NCBI RefSeq assembly: GCF_009914755.1
Contig: NC_060925.1
DNA: 64,000 bases
Reading direction: 5' to 3' (one strand)
Source: the human T2T-CHM13v2.0 reference genome, Homo sapiens
The notes under the pieces: model-generated
Seen by the model: the letters and a program-made list of their open reading frames with translations, nothing else
Database searches by the model: none
Told to the model about the DNA's origin: nothing
Translations under genes and position numbers: made by a program
Part shown: piece by piece, positions 46,501 to 62,736 of the stretch
Position numbering within the stretch: position 1 is the first letter of the stretch
Layout: each line of letters begins with the position of its first letter

Positions 46501-48278
46501 GCTGCACGGAGGATACAAGGACACTTGGAACACACACCTACCCTCATGATGCTTTGGTACAGTAGCAGAATTAGTTGCACAGTATACACAACTACCTCTA
46601 GTTAAACTTGACTAAAATAACTTTTTTTCTAAAGGGGAAGGTGTAATTACAATAATGATAAAATGATAATGACTGTAAACTAAATATTAACCACATTAGG
46701 AAGAGGATACATGTTTATATTTGCACAGTTGTGACTGTCTACAGTTCTTCAGATCCTAAAATTTTATTCTACAACAAATTTGAGTTTAATTTTTGGAAGA
46801 GTTTGCCTCTCAGGAAATGCATACAGGAAACTCAATTACAAGTTTTTGAAATGTTGGAAATAATAATTATGAGTCACTTTTTATTATCTAGCAGTGGGTG
46901 TCAAATTAACTGCTGCTTTATTTTTAGCTATGTGATGTGTCACTCAGTATACATTCTCTAGAGGTTTGCATTAGTTGAAATATGAGAAAGATCTGCAGAG
47001 TCAATAGGGTTGCCAAGTCTTCATCAAAGATTATCCCAAACTGGTATTTTGGTTTTGGTACAAATTGACGTGTCATCTTACAGTGCCAAAAGTCATGACG
47101 ACCAAACAGAGTGGAACTAAGGCAGCTTTTTTTCCAGTTTCCCCATGCTTATAAATCTTCCTCCTGGAGAATTTTATTTCTTAACAGTGCTATTCTAATG
47201 ACCTCCATGAAGTGCTGATCCAATCCCAAGGCTCAGTTTTGAACTCTTTGAGTAGGAAGTAGGCGGTCTAAATGCAGATTAACAGAATTGCTTTGACTTT
47301 CTTTAGGAAACTTACATGGGGCAGAGTGAAGAGAAAGTTGACCTCATTTTATTACTTTCGTAAAGGAAAAGCTTGGTGCTCTCCCATTCTATTCTGAATT
47401 CCTATCATCACTCATTCTTGGAATTGTTTAGGTAAACAAAGAGTCATAGAGGTACGGGGAAAAAATGCAGTGTGCTGGATGGAGACCTGATCCCTGATTA
47501 AGACAGAGGAGGTTGCTGGGGAATGCAGCAAGTGATAATGCCACAGATTTTCTAAAGCTTTGGGACCTCTAGAAGAGGAGCTGGAGTGAGGAACGGGTGA
47601 AAGCGGCTGCTGCAGCCAGAGTCAAAGGGCATGTGAGACAGCATCTCTTTCATCATCCTCACACACGTGAACAGCAACTCCATTCGGAGTGTCAGCTTCC
47701 AGCAGGAGGAATTATAGAGTGCTTCTGCAGCTTTGCATGTATGTGTGTTACAAATGCACATGTGTAACATGAAGAATTGTGAGGAAAATGTGTGTGAAGT
47801 GCCCAGCACCGCGTCTGACACATGGTAGTAGGTGCTCTGTGTGTGAGAGTTACTGTTATCATCAGAGTGAAAGGGCACCACAAAGCCCCTTCCTCCTGGC
47901 CTGCAAATCCAACTCTGGGGTCATATATGTGGATGAGGGAAAATACACTGTTATCTGGGACCTGACGCAGTCTCTCTCACCTTCTAGCAATATTTGTCTG
48001 CAGGTTCCTCTTCCCCACTCACCTTCTTCCTCCTTTCCCACCTCATCCCCAAATACCTACTTTTTCTTCAAGGCCCAAGACAAATCCCAGCTTTTCTCTA
48101 TACCTATACCTCATCACATTCTCATGTAGATACCCATTGTCTTCTATGGGTGCCCACAGCACTTTGAATGTAATGTAATATGCCTCTTATCATTCTATCC
48201 TTTAGTTATGTGCCACCAATGCCAGTGACTGAGCTTCTCCAGGATGAGGATGTTTTCTTCTTTAGCTTTACCTTTTCA

Positions 48279-48657
<379 letters not shown>

Positions 48658-49174
48658 GCTATCAAGCCATGAAATGGCATGGAGGAAACTTAAATGCATA
48701 TTTCTAAGTGAAAGCACCCAGTCTGAAATGGCTATACATTGCACAATTCCAATTATATGACATTCTGGAAAAGGCAAAACTATAGAGACAATAAATCTCC
48801 AGCAATTGCCAGGGGTTGAAAATGGGGGTTCATTATGAAGGTGAAGCACAGGAGATATTTAGGGAGGTGAAACTATTCGGTATGATACTGTAATGGTGGA
48901 TACATGACATTATGCATTCATCAAAACCCACAGATAGAACACAAAGAGTGAACCATAATGTATGCAGATTAAGTAAAGTCATTTAGGAGGTAGGAGAGTT
49001 CCAGGAAGGGAGGCAGACAATGGCAGTAAAATCTAACTGTATTAAAAATGTATGAAACAACCTCACTGAAGGAAGTAGGGGGAACACATACTGACCTAAA
49101 GTTACTTTGGAAATGAGTGGAATATGTAAGACTAAAGGCAAAAGAAATCGCACACTAAAAGCACGTAAGAACAC

Positions 49175-50530
49175 TTCTTTAAAAATGCAATAAAAACAAA
49201 AATAAATAAACAGGACTTAAACTACAAAGCTTCTGTATAGCAAAATAAATAATTAACAGAGTAAACAGACAACCTTTAGAATGAGAGAAAATGTTTGCAA
49301 ACTATACATCTGACAAAGGACTAATATCCAAAATCTATAAGGAACCCAAACTAATCAGCAAAAATAAAACAAATAATCCCATTAAAAACTGGGCAAATGA
49401 TATGAATAGACATTTCTCAAAAAAAGATATACAAATGGCCAAAAAACATGAAAAATACTCAACATCACTAATATCAGGCAAATGCAAATTAAAACCACAA
49501 TGAGATACCACCTTACCCCAGTCAGAATGGCCATTTGAAAAAGTCAAAAAACAATAGAGGTTGGTGCAGAAGTGGTGAAAAGGGAATGCCTGTACACTGT
49601 TGGTGGGAATATAAATTAGTACAACTTCTATGGAAAAAAGTGTGGAGATTTCTCAAAGAACTAAAAGTAAATCTACCATTCGATCCAGTAATCCTACTAC
49701 TAGGTATCTACCCAAAGGAAAAGAAGTCATTATATAAAAAAAGACATGTGGCTAGGTGCGGTGGCTTACACCTGTAATCCCAGCACTTTGGGAGGCCGAG
49801 GCAGGCAGATCACCTGAGGTCAGGAGTTTGAGACTAGCCTGGCCAATATGGTGAAACCCCATCTCCACCAAAAATACAAAATTCAGCTGGGTGTGGTGGT
49901 ACACGCCTGTGATCCCAGCTACTTGGGAGTCTGAGTGAGGCAGGAGAATCGCTTGAACCCAGGAGGTGGAGGTTGCAGTGAGCTGAGATCACACCACTCT
50001 ACTCCAGCCCGGGTGACAGAGCAAGATTCTGTTTCAAACAAACAAACAAACAAAAAAAGACACTCGCACTCATATGTTTATTGCAGAACAATTCACAATT
50101 ACAAAGATATGAAATCAACCTAAGTGCCCATCAACAGATGAGTGGATAAAGAAAATGTGATATACATATACCATGAAATACTACTCAGCCATAAAAAGAA
50201 CAAGATAATGTATTTTGCAGCAACTTGGATGGAACTGAAGGCCGTTATTCTAAGTGAAGTGACTAAAAAATAGAAAACCAAATACCATATGTTCTCACTT
50301 ATAAGTGGAAGCTAAGCTATGGATGTGCAAAGGCATACAGACTGGTATAATGGACACTGGAGACTCAGAAGCGAGGGATGGTGGAAGGAGGGTGGGGAGA
50401 AAAAATTACCTGTTGGGTACACTACACACAGATATACTAAAAGCCCAGATTTCACCACTGTACAATGTATCTATGTAACCAAAAACCACTTTTACCTCTA
50501 AAGCTACTGAAATAAAAACAAATTAAAAAA
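49175..50530 (+). mobile_element. L1PB/L1MA-type 5'-truncated LINE (end of ORF2 plus 3' UTR)
   Basis: Track peptides [34 protein letters not shown] and [24 protein letters not shown]. Confidence 0.9.
49750..50058 (+). mobile_element. Alu (AluSx-like)
   Basis: TSD aaaaaaagaca. Confidence 0.95.
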
Positions 50531-50782
50531 ATAATGCTGCTTTAGTTGATAAAGTTGTTTCATTTGGGGGCATGGGTTAACAATTCTGATACTGCTACAC
50601 ATGTGTACTGGAACTAAATGATTGAGTAAATAGATGGCAGATTGTAGGAACCAGGTTTCTCACTGCTGGAGTGGGAATTTACAGATAAGCAAGGAGAAAA
50701 AGCTAGAATGATCCATATATTAATGGATTAAAGTTAGACACATCAGTAAGAACTCATATTTAGTTTAATTTGGATATAGATT

Positions 50783-51074
50783 GTTTTTTTAAGAGACAGG
50801 GTCTTGTTCTATTGCCCAGGCTGGAGCGCAATGGTGTGATCATAGCTCACTGCAGCCTTGAACTCTTGGGCTCAAGCAATGCTCTCACCTTAGCCTGTTG
50901 AATAGCTGGGACTACAGGCATGCACCACTACATCCAGGTAAATTATTTTTAATTTTTTAGAGTTGAGTCTCTCTATGTTGCCCAGGCTGGTCTCAAACTC
51001 CTGACCTCAAGAGATCTTCCCACCTCAACCTTCTCAGTAGCTGGAATTCTGGGCATGAGCCACTGCACCCGACC
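50783..51074 (-). mobile_element. AluJ
   Basis: Full Alu. Confidence 0.92.
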
Positions 51075-51946
51075 TATATAAAAATATTTATAGATAGATG
51101 TATATACACTGGCTAGAATCCACACAATTATTTATTTGATCTGTTAGCAGAGAAGTCCTAAAAGACCTAGCATATTCTCTAGTACACAGACACCTACCAT
51201 CCAGATCTCGGTTCCTAATACCATTATCTAACAAAAGGAACTAAGGGTTTTTTTGGAGACATGACTGATTCTAGAACTGGGGAAGGAAAGACACAAGATG
51301 TACCTGGAGCAAGTTGCAGTGCCGAAAAGTAAGGAAGTGCTAGAAAAAAAAAATCATGTTGTTGGATTATGTCAAAGGGGCATAAGAGCCAACTGAAAGA
51401 GTTCCCGGTGACCAAAGGGGAAACAATTTGAGCAAAAAAAATAAAATAAAAGTAATACTGAATTATAACCTAAAGTATAAAACAAGTATGCATGAGTTAA
51501 CAATGTTATAAATACATAATTGAATAAATTAATAAGTGGGAGGAAGAGACAAATTGTCCATACAGAAGAATTGCAAGTGATTTATGTAGATACTCTGCCG
51601 CCCTCCAAAAAGGGAGCATACATCCACTCCTTATGTGTGGGCAGCACATGGTGACTTCCCTCCAAAGATTATGGAAAGAGAGGAAAAAGAGTAACTTTAC
51701 AGTGGAGAAACTTGACAAAAACCACTTCAGCCAGTGTCATAAATCATGATGACTGTATATCCAGGGATACGATGTGATGAAAATGGCACTTTGCCTCTAT
51801 GATCTTCCTCCTGTGGCCTCATAACCCCAATCTAAGACAAGAAAAACATCAAATTCCAATTGGAGAACATGCTCCAAGACACTTGACCAGTACTCCTCAA
51901 AGCTCAATTTTTCTGTAAATCTAAAACCGTTCTAGAAAATAAAATC

Positions 51947-52095
51947 TGACCAGGCATGGTGGCACACACCTGTAATCCCAGCACTTTGGGAGGCCGAGGT
52001 GGGAGGACTGCTTGAGGCCAAGAGTCGAGACCAGCATGGTCAACACGGTGAGACCCTATCTCTATAAACAATTTTTTTTAATAAAAAGAAAAGAA
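51947..52095 (+). mobile_element. FLAM monomer
   Basis: TSD aaaatct. Confidence 0.87.
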
Positions 52096-52129
52096 AATCT
52101 ATTTTTTAAAAATTTACTGACACATAGTT

Positions 52130-52450
52130 GTTATTATTGTTATTATTATTATTATTACTTTGAAACAGAGTCTGGCTCTGTCACCCAGGCTGCAGTGCAG
52201 TGTTGCAATCTCAGCTCATTTCTACCTCTGCCTCCTGGGCTCAAGCCATCCTTCCACCTCAGCCTCCAGGGTAGCTGGGACTAGAGGTGCACACTACCAA
52301 ACCTGGCTAATTTTAGTACTTTTTTTCGTAGAGATAGAGTTTCACCATGTTGCCCAGGCTGGTGGCAAACCCCTGGGCTCAAGAGATTCTCCCACCTCGG
52401 CCTCCCAAGGTGCTAGGTAGGATTACAGGCGTGAGCCACAGCACCCGGCC
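52130..52450 (-). mobile_element. AluJ with (TAT)n tail
   Basis: Full Alu. Confidence 0.92.
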
Positions 52451-52579
52451 AATTGCTCATCAGTAAATGACCCAAGGCCCAGAGAAGTTAAATAATTTCC
52501 CCAAGTTAGCAAAAGTGTAAATTATAATCAGTATAACCTAAATATAAGAATGATCTTTATTGTGATTTGTTCTAATTTA

Positions 52580-52810
52580 CTTAGCAAACATTTATATTAT
52601 GCTTACTATGTGAGATGCACTATTCTAATTGCTTTTCAAGTCTTCTCTCAGTTAATCCTCATTATAATGTCATAAAGAAAGTACTACTATTATTCCCACT
52701 TTGCAGACAGAGAACATTTGCCCAAGCTCAAATAGCTAGTAAGTGGCAAAGCTGATGTTTGGATTGAGGCAGTCTAGCTCAGAGATTATGTGCTTGACCA
52801 CTACACTACT
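52580..52810 (-). mobile_element. MIR
   Basis: gcttactatgtg...ttaatcctca...attcccactttgcaga...cccaagctca. Confidence 0.8.
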
Positions 52811-53654
52811 CAGCCTCTCTTATTCAAAGAAAACTTTGAAAAGTCAATTTAAATTAAAGTTTTCTTCACCGTTTTTTGGCATCAAAAATTGTTACAGAAC
52901 ATTAAGTGCAGACAGACAGTTACTATGACTTGCCACTAGGAGGTGTCAAAACTTACAAATCTGTCTAATGACCATATTTCAAAGGGAGTAAAGGACAGTT
53001 TCTCATCTACATTGCCATTAACCTGTTTCCGTTTGCTAGCCCATGAATAAAAAGAAAAACACACAAATGAAATGAGTTCAGAGGTGTTTGAATTTCGTAA
53101 AGTGTTTCACTTGTCTTTTTTTTCACCTTTATTATACATGGCCTTCCATATTATACAATTTAACACTTCATTATATACTGTTTTGTTTTCAAGTTGTTTC
53201 ATTTGTCTTGTGCCCACACTAACATGTAAAGTTTTTGTTAGCAGGGAACATGGCTTATATTAAACTTATTATTTTTAAAAATTGTATAGCACCTAGCATA
53301 GTGTTAGGTACTTTATAAACACTTGCTAATCAGTTAAAATGCATAAATACCTTAATTTACATAATAAACGTGTTTTGGGGCTGGCATAAGTGAACTTAAA
53401 AATTCACTAGAGGTGCTAGATATTTAAGGGAATCCAATAATGAATCCTTTTTAATTAGATCAACAAGAACTCTGTAATTTAGCCTCGTGTAAATCTCTAT
53501 TTTCATATACGGTTCGGCTTAAAGCAGGAAGTACCTGGGTATGCATCATTGGTTGAATAAAAATTTATTTCTGTATCTTGTACAGGTTTAAGAAAGACTT
53601 ACTTGAATTCTGCCTTTTCTCCTTTCTGACGCTGATGGCAACAAACTGGGGTAG

Positions 53655-53810
53655 ATCAAGTGGTTAAGATGCTGTCTGAAGAGGCCATGACTTGAGATCC
53701 CGGTCCCGCCCTGCCTCACTCACTGGCTGAGCAATCCACTTGAGCTTTCTGGGACTCAGTGTCCTCATGTATAAAAAGAGGGAGTTGAATGAGATGAGCT
53801 CTTTCAAACT
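53655..53810 (+). mobile_element. MIR
   Basis: gtggttaaga...ctcagtgtcctcatgtataaaa. Confidence 0.65.
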
Positions 53811-53892
53811 CAACATTCACTTTCCCAGGTAAGGGGGCAGGCAGACAGTAGAAGAGCCTTCACAGATTCTCCCACCAGAATACCACACTTAC

Positions 53893-54005
53893 AGTACTTG
53901 TATTCTTTATCTTAGATGCCATTGACATTGCGATAGTGTGTAATGATATAGTCATTGTCCATAAAATATTTAATATTTCCTTTATCCTCCCTGTCATCCA
54001 GGACA
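53893..54005 (-). other. Candidate internal exon, 113 nt
   Basis: Acceptor ATTTGTATAG, donor ACT|GTAAGT, open in phase 1 (VSWMTGRIKEILNILWTMTISLHTIAMSMASKIKNTST). Confidence 0.25.
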
Positions 54006-54137
54006 CTATACAAATATAAGGGCAGGTAACAACCTTCTGTTCCAGTTTCAAAGACAAGTATGCTAAGGGACTGGTAGAAGATATGACAGTTGTTGAAACT
54101 TTTATTTCTCTCCAAGGCTAACTTAAAGAAAACCCTA

Positions 54138-54512
<375 letters not shown>

Positions 54513-55002
54513 TTATTCTGATATTTAATTTTCTACCAAGGGACACTATGGTTCATTTAACTTTAGAATCTATTATTGGCAGAGGTTTAGGGGCCATCTG
54601 AGAGGGGTTTATGAGCTGTAAATTGAGTGCACTGAGAGCAATTAAGCATTTAAATTGGAGCGATGTGTAAATTTAACAGCTGGTAGGTGTTGTCAATTGC
54701 AAGCTACAGACCACCGGCTTGGCAGAAATCTGCATACCAACTGAAGAAAATCGATGGAATGGTGAAAAGTAGAACCTGGATTTGGTAATTTGGAGCAAAC
54801 TTCAGATTGCACATACAGCTGAGAACATTTAAGATTAATCTAGAGGTATGGCATCTCCTCTAGGAATGCTTCACTGGACAAAGATTTGTTAAGCTATTTA
54901 AAATGTGCTTAAATTACAAGTTAATTACTCTCCCAGTTAATAGCTTGGGATTGTTACAAGAGAATCTGACCTTGAAGGCCAATGTGTATTTATCTCATAA
55001 TC

Positions 55003-55004
<2 letters not shown>

Positions 55005-55038
<34 letters not shown>
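55005..55038. repeat. (TG)17 microsatellite
   Basis: Perfect TG array. Confidence 0.95.
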
Positions 55039-55040
<2 letters not shown>

Positions 55041-55395
55041 AAAAACAATGGTTGTTGAAGACTTAGAAGCTTCTATTTATGTGCATGGTATTTATAGAAT
55101 TTATTAAAGCAGTGACTTTTACCACGTTCCCAGGATCCTCCTTAAGGGTTGCCACAAGGGCAAAAGAGAAAAAAACAGGGAGTTTCTGACATACTGATCT
55201 TCCAGCTTCCCATCATTGACCAACTTCTTAGTTAAGTAGATGTTTTAAATTCTCAGTAATAAGGCACCGATAATTGTTGAAGAGGAAAAAGATCAGGGGA
55301 TTTGGATTAAACTTGGTCTGACCTATACTTTCTACTCCTCTTTTTCATATCAAAATCCACCCTTCCAGATCTGTCACTTTTTGAGTTGTTGGGTG

Positions 55396-55664
55396 TTTTT
55401 GTTTTACTTTTTTTTTTTTGAGACACTCACTCTGTCACCCAGGCTGGAGTGCAGTGTCACAATCTGGGCTCACTGCAATCTCCGCCTCTTGGGTTCAAGT
55501 GATCCTCGTGCCTCAGCCTCCCGAGTAGCTGAGATTATAGGCGTCACCACCATGCCTGGCTAATTTTTGTGTTTTTAGTAGAGACGAAGTTTTGCCATGC
55601 TGGCCAGGCTGGTCACAAACTCCTGGCCTCAGGTGATTACAAGTGTGTGCCGCTGTGCCTAGCC
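55396..55664 (-). mobile_element. Alu with deletion in the left arm
   Basis: TSD cttt[t/c]tgagtt. Confidence 0.92.
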
Positions 55665-55700
55665 TGCTTTCTGAGTTTTTTAAGGTAGCAGATTAAGTAA

Positions 55701-56067
<367 letters not shown>

Positions 56068-56204
56068 TAATTTAAAAATGGAATGTTTTTACAAGTTTGA
56101 AGAGTTTTTTAGGGCTGCTATAGTTTCTTTGGCTCCTTAACCTTCTTACCTTAGAATAGACAAGATCCTAAAACACATTCTCAGGCTCCCATGCATTCAT
56201 GATC

Positions 56205-57305
56205 TCATTCAACCAACAATGAAACAAAGATGAATAAGACTGTTCCTGGACCTCAAGGAGCTTCCATGGTCAAGTAGGAGAGACAGAAACACAGAAATAA
56301 CCACAACATAATCAGAGTACTTAATGTCAGGCACTTTACTAGATGATTTACATATGATATCATTTAATCCTACCACCAACTGTAAGGGGCAGGTGCACAT
56401 CTCCCCATTTGCAGATGAGGAGACCGAGGCTTAGGAAGTTACCTTGACTTTCTCTTGCTCTTCTTTGTACAGTGCACTTGTCTCTCAAAATTTTAATATA
56501 CTGTTTGTCTGAACCCTCAAGTATATTGCATTAGGATTGTAATCTTTCAGGTGAGAACAGCTTTGTCATCTTTGTATCCCTGGAACATGGTTCAGTGCTT
56601 TTCATGTAATTCATGCTCAATAAAAGCTATTGGATTGAATGAAATATGGCAGAGTCAGGATTTGATCCTATGTGTGCCTGGATCCAAAGCCCTGGCCCTT
56701 TCCACTCTGTTAATTTGCCTTCCTATATCATAAGTGCAATAGTAAAAATACATACAAAATATGGGAGCACAGAGAAAGTCATGATGTGGTTCACAGGGAA
56801 GGTAATATTTGAGTTGGGCATTTGAAGAATGCCCAGCAATTTGTCAAGTTGAGAAAGCAGTGAAAACCTCTCGGCTGGAGAAATAGCTCACACAGTGGCA
56901 TGAGAAAGCAAGATGCATGTGATTTATGAAGAGTGCTGACTAATTCCATACTGATAAAGCACCAGTTGAAAGGAAGTGAATGATGGTAGATGGAACTGGA
57001 AGGCTAGGGTGCACCGGCATGTAAGGGACGTTGCATGCCATTCTCAGGAAACAGTTTGGGCAATGGAAAGCCACTGAGGGTTTTTAAACAGAGGACTCAC
57101 TTGGTAGAGAGGGGCTGGAGTCAAAATATTTGGGTTCATAACCTAATTTTGCCTCTCACTATGTCATCCCCACATAGTGAGGGTTTCCCATGTCCTCAGT
57201 TTCCTAAATGAAAATGGTAGCATCCTATCAACCACTGGGATTGTTATGAGATTCAAAAAAGTACTTTGTAAGCTGTAAATCCAACTACAAATGCTAGCTA
57301 TTATT
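56205..57305. mobile_element. Cluster of L2 and MIR fragments
   Basis: L2 motifs (gacctcaaggagctt, gccactgagggtttttaaacag); MIR cores (ccccattttgcagatgaggagaccgaggct, cctcagtttcc). Confidence 0.65.
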
Positions 57306-57433
57306 AAATTAACATATGTGTTAGTTTGCTAAGCCTGCCATAACAAATACCATAGACTGGGTAGCTTAAACAACAGAAATTTATTTTCTTACAGTTCTGG
57401 AGGCTGGAAGTCTGAGATCAAGGTGTGGGCATG

Positions 57434-58185
<752 letters not shown>

Positions 58186-58594
58186 AAAAAAAAAAAAAAG
58201 TGGGAGGGTCAGCAAGGTTGACTTCATTCTGAGACCTCGCTCATTGGCTTGTAGATGGCCATCTTCTCCACTTGTCTTCACATGGCCTTTCCTTTGTGTA
58301 CGTCTATGTTCCAATCTCCTCTTATTATAAGGGCACCAATCATATGGGATTATGGGACCCAAGTGACCTCATTTTACCTTAATTACCTCTTCAAAAGCCC
58401 TGTCTGCAAATATAGTCACATGCTGTCCTACTGGGGGTTAGGAATTCAACATGTGTATTTTGGGGGTTCACAATTCCATCTATAACAGCACATAAGAAGA
58501 TCAAAATGGAGCAATTCCACAATGTCTACTCAGGCAATGCCAAGTGAAAAATGGAAAGCTCACATTATTTTCTTTTTTCTCTCCATCTTTTTTT

Positions 58595-58680
58595 AAGGCT
58601 AGTCAAGTAAAGCAGTGGTAGTGGAGAAGGAACAAAGAAATCTGTAACTGGTTGTGATCAATTCATTGTAAACACCACTG
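58595..58680 (-). pseudogene. Y3 RNA (RNY3) retropseudogene, 5'-truncated by about 14 nt
   Basis: Minus strand CAGTGGTGTTTACAA..TTGATCACAACCAGTTACAGATTTCTTTGTTCCTTCTCCACT..TTGACTAGCC matches hY3; A tail follows. Confidence 0.93.
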
Positions 58681-58689
58681 TTTATAGCC

Positions 58690-59390
58690 ATGACCGCTCT
58701 ATTCACTCAGGAAATGGAGTCATGGGCCCAGACCCATATCTCTTCCTTATAAAATAGATTGCCTGGTCAGAGGCTATGTTGGATGGAATTCCATGTCCGT
58801 GGATCAGGCTTTCCAAAACCCTCCAGAAAATCATGCTGGCTGAGGCTCTGTGGACAAGAAAGGCAAACCCATGTCTGGAATAAGTATCTACCCTGTGAGC
58901 ATGAACTGCTGGCCCTCCTAGGATGGAAGGAACCCTCAGGCTTGCCTCCTCGGGGACCCCAGTGTTGGTCTATAATCCTGAAAATTTGAACACTGAGAGG
59001 CAGCAATAGCCAGACTGGCCCTGGGAAGTGGGAGTCCATGCTTTTGGGTCAATACATAGCCTTCATTTCTGCCACCATAGCCAGTCTGTTCATGTGCCCA
59101 TTGTGTCTGTCCTGGGATTGACAGTGGCAAAGGCTGACCATACATCAACTAGCCAAGAAATTTTGTCTACTTTCTGCAGGAATTCTTCTGTGGTGGCTGC
59201 TTCTGGTGGGCATTAACACATGACGCAAAAATCTTCACGCTTGGTGCCTACTCTCTCGTGTCCTTACACATGCCTCTGTCTCCAATCCTCAAGCCCCTGA
59301 TCAGCCTCTGATGGTCAGGCCATTGACTACTGCCACAGTCTGTATATATTCTTGCCTCAGACCATTTAACCTTCCACTCCTGATGTTAAG
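58690..59390 (-). mobile_element. ERVL-class pol remnant (RNase H to integrase)
   Basis: Track peptide QWAHEQTGYGGRNEGYVLTQKHGLPLPRASLA (integrase zinc-finger region); similar to 22900-23600. Confidence 0.8.
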
Positions 59391-59909
59391 GAAGATGAGC
59401 ATGTTCCTTCTCTGTTTCTCTTTGGCGTCTACCCTCCTGCAGGGAGTACATGCATTCTGTGCATCTCCTCTACACTGAATTGTACAGCAAGAGCTCCAGG
59501 GTCACCCAGGTTTGCCTGCGAGTGGGTAGCCCAGTCTGCACAGTTCTGCTGCTAGACTACAACCTCCAAACTACCCTTTATCATAATTCAAGTGGTATTT
59601 TGATCTCGAATTGACTCTTGCATCTTTCTCTTAATTAGTTCCAAGTTCTGGAAATGTTATTGATTATGCAGTCTGAAATCTCAACAGAAACTATCAAAGC
59701 TGGGATTTTGGCAAGCAAATAGGCAGTACCTCTCTACCTTAAAATTTCTCCAGAAATACAGGCATTTTCCTGGGCTTAGGGAATTATAGGAGTATTTGAT
59801 CCCATAGTGGACACAGGAGCCTGAAGAGGCTTGAAAAAACGTCGACAGAAAGTATGAATGACAATTGGGTCTGAACAATGTGGAGGTAGGTGCAGTCTTG
59901 TTGCCTCAC

Positions 59910-60133
59910 CTCCCTGGCTCTCTGCAGGACTCCTTTCTAGGAGGCTGATGTGATGAGAGCCAAGACCAGCCTCCTGCAGCAATCCAGATTCTTTGAACTC
60001 ATGGTTCATTTGGACCATGTCATGGAGAGAACTTTGGAAGGATCCGTGTGAAAATACTTTTTCTAACTCTTTTTGAAAGACCAGATATTTTTCTTTGTAT
60101 GCATTTTTGTTGAATGTTACAGCAAGATGCTTT
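59910..60133 (-). other. Candidate exon, 224 nt, within a 121-aa non-repeat ORF
   Basis: Donor GAG|GTGAGG, weak acceptor ATGTACAG; open frame KHLAVTFNKNAYKEKYLVFQKELEKVFSHG... Confidence 0.2.
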
Positions 60134-60189
60134 CTGTACATTTAATTTTACACAAATATTAAATGTCTATTGTATTTGAGATGTTGACT

Positions 60190-60295
60190 ATGTAGTATAT
60201 ACTATGTATTATAGAGACTATATATGTACATATACATATACACACATATATATACAAACAGTATATATAACATATATGTAATATATATAGTGTGT
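60190..60295. repeat. AT-rich (TA/CA)n low-complexity repeat
   Basis: tatatatgtacatatacatatacacacatatatatac... Confidence 0.8.
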
Positions 60296-60979
60296 GACAG
60301 AAGGAAATAAGCAGTTATGTTTCTCACATTTCTTAAAAGTATTTTTTTCGTGACTACATGCCAGTATAGAATAACTAACATTTCCTTTTCAAAGCAATGT
60401 TGAAATACTTTTGCTCAAGCTAGTACATTATTAGGAAGTTCACATGTAAGTGTGGAAACTAGAACACTCAATTTCACCTCATATGTAAGTGTCTTGTGCT
60501 TTTGTTCTAAGTAAAAAAAACAAAATGCATTTGATGTTCACTCTGAATTTTCATGGTAGCAACTGTTGCCCACATCTGGCATTCTGGTGGCCACACCTGG
60601 GGCATCACAACACTGAAAACAGATGTATGGGCTGCTTGAGAAGCGGAAACAAGTGTCAGATTCAATCAGAGAAGCAATGGGAACATCACAGAGTGAAGCC
60701 TGTGTTTAACCACAAGGTGTCAAATTGGATCAAAGGATGCCACAGACTAAGAGAGGCACAGATCAGTAGCTGAGAAAAGGGGAAGGGCAGAAGGAGATAA
60801 TAGATGGGGATAGGAGATTCGAGAGCAGATAGAGAGCAAGCCAGTGTGCCTTGGCTTGGTGGTGTGTTCTGGGGATTGGGCTGCTTTGAGTGAACGCAAT
60901 GCTACGATTATTCCTCCCACCCTACTGCACTGCCCAACATTTGACACCTGTAACATGAAGGCTTTCACAGAAGGCCTAA

Positions 60980-61235
60980 TGCCATAGCAGTTAAAAAGAC
61001 TGAGCTTTGGAATCAGGAAACCTCGGGTCCAAGCCCAGCTCCATTATTTACTACCATGTGACCATGAACAATTACCTTATCTCTTGACTTTTAGGTTCTT
61101 TGTCTGTAAAATTGAGCTAATAAGAGATTGTTTCTCATAGAAAGGGGTGGTGGTGATGATTCTATGGGATAATAGATTGTAAAGTTCTTAGGACAATGCT
61201 TGGCACATAGTGACTCCCAGTAAAAGTTAGTCAAT
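60980..61235 (+). mobile_element. MIR
   Basis: gctttggaatcag..cccagctcc..atgtgacc..tctgtaaaat...cttggcacatagt. Confidence 0.8.
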
Positions 61236-61238
61236 ATG

Positions 61239-61535
<297 letters not shown>

Positions 61536-61726
61536 GTTAGCCAATATGATTAACTTGGGTCATGAGTTCTGTAACTGCACTTTGGAAAGACCTAGAGATG
61601 TGTGGAAATGCCTTTGCTCACCCGTTGTCTTCACCAGAGCCATTCCATTTTTATCCACTTATATATTTTTCTTTTGTGATGATTTTCCTTGAGTAAAGAG
61701 TTATACTTTACAAAACTAATATTTAA

Positions 61727-62030
61727 GGCTGGGAGCTGTGGCTCATGCCTATAATCCCAGCACTTTGGGAGGCTGAGACATGAGGATTGCTTGAGGCCAG
61801 GAGTTGAAGACCAACCTGGGCAACACAATGAGACCCTGACTCTACAAAAATACAAAAAAGATTAGCCAGGTATGGTGGTGTGCAACTATAATTTTAGCTA
61901 CTGGGAAGGCTGGGGTAGAAGGATTGCTTGAGCCCAAGAGTTCAAGGTTGCAGTGAGCCATGATCACGCCACTGTACTCCAGCCTTGGCAAGAGTGGGAT
62001 TCTGTCTCTAAGAAAAATAAAAAAAGAAAA
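61727..62030 (+). mobile_element. AluJ
   Basis: Full Alu. Confidence 0.92.
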
Positions 62031-62442
62031 AATATATATATATCTTTCAAAACCGTGATCTAAATCACCGATATAAGTCTGAAAATAGGCAATTCCAAGT
62101 ATTCGCCCAGGACCCTTTACTAGAAAATTCCCTCCAGACTAGTAGACACCCTTTGGGTACAGTGTTCCATGGATTATGAAGCCACTTGTAATACCATAAT
62201 TCCACTTCACTTTAATATCTTATTCACAAGGAGACAATGGAAAATTTTTGCCAACTTCTCTGCTCTAATTAGGAAACACTGGATCTTTAGCATTTCCTCA
62301 GTCTATCAGTCTGGTTGATAAAAAAGAAAGTCTATGGTTTTTTCTTTGGTGTCATTGTTTCCAATGCAGCTTCCCAGTTCACTGATGATCAGTGCTAGCA
62401 TCCATCATTTATGAGTCCTTAGATTGCTAACATAGACTTACT

Positions 62443-62736
<294 letters not shown>

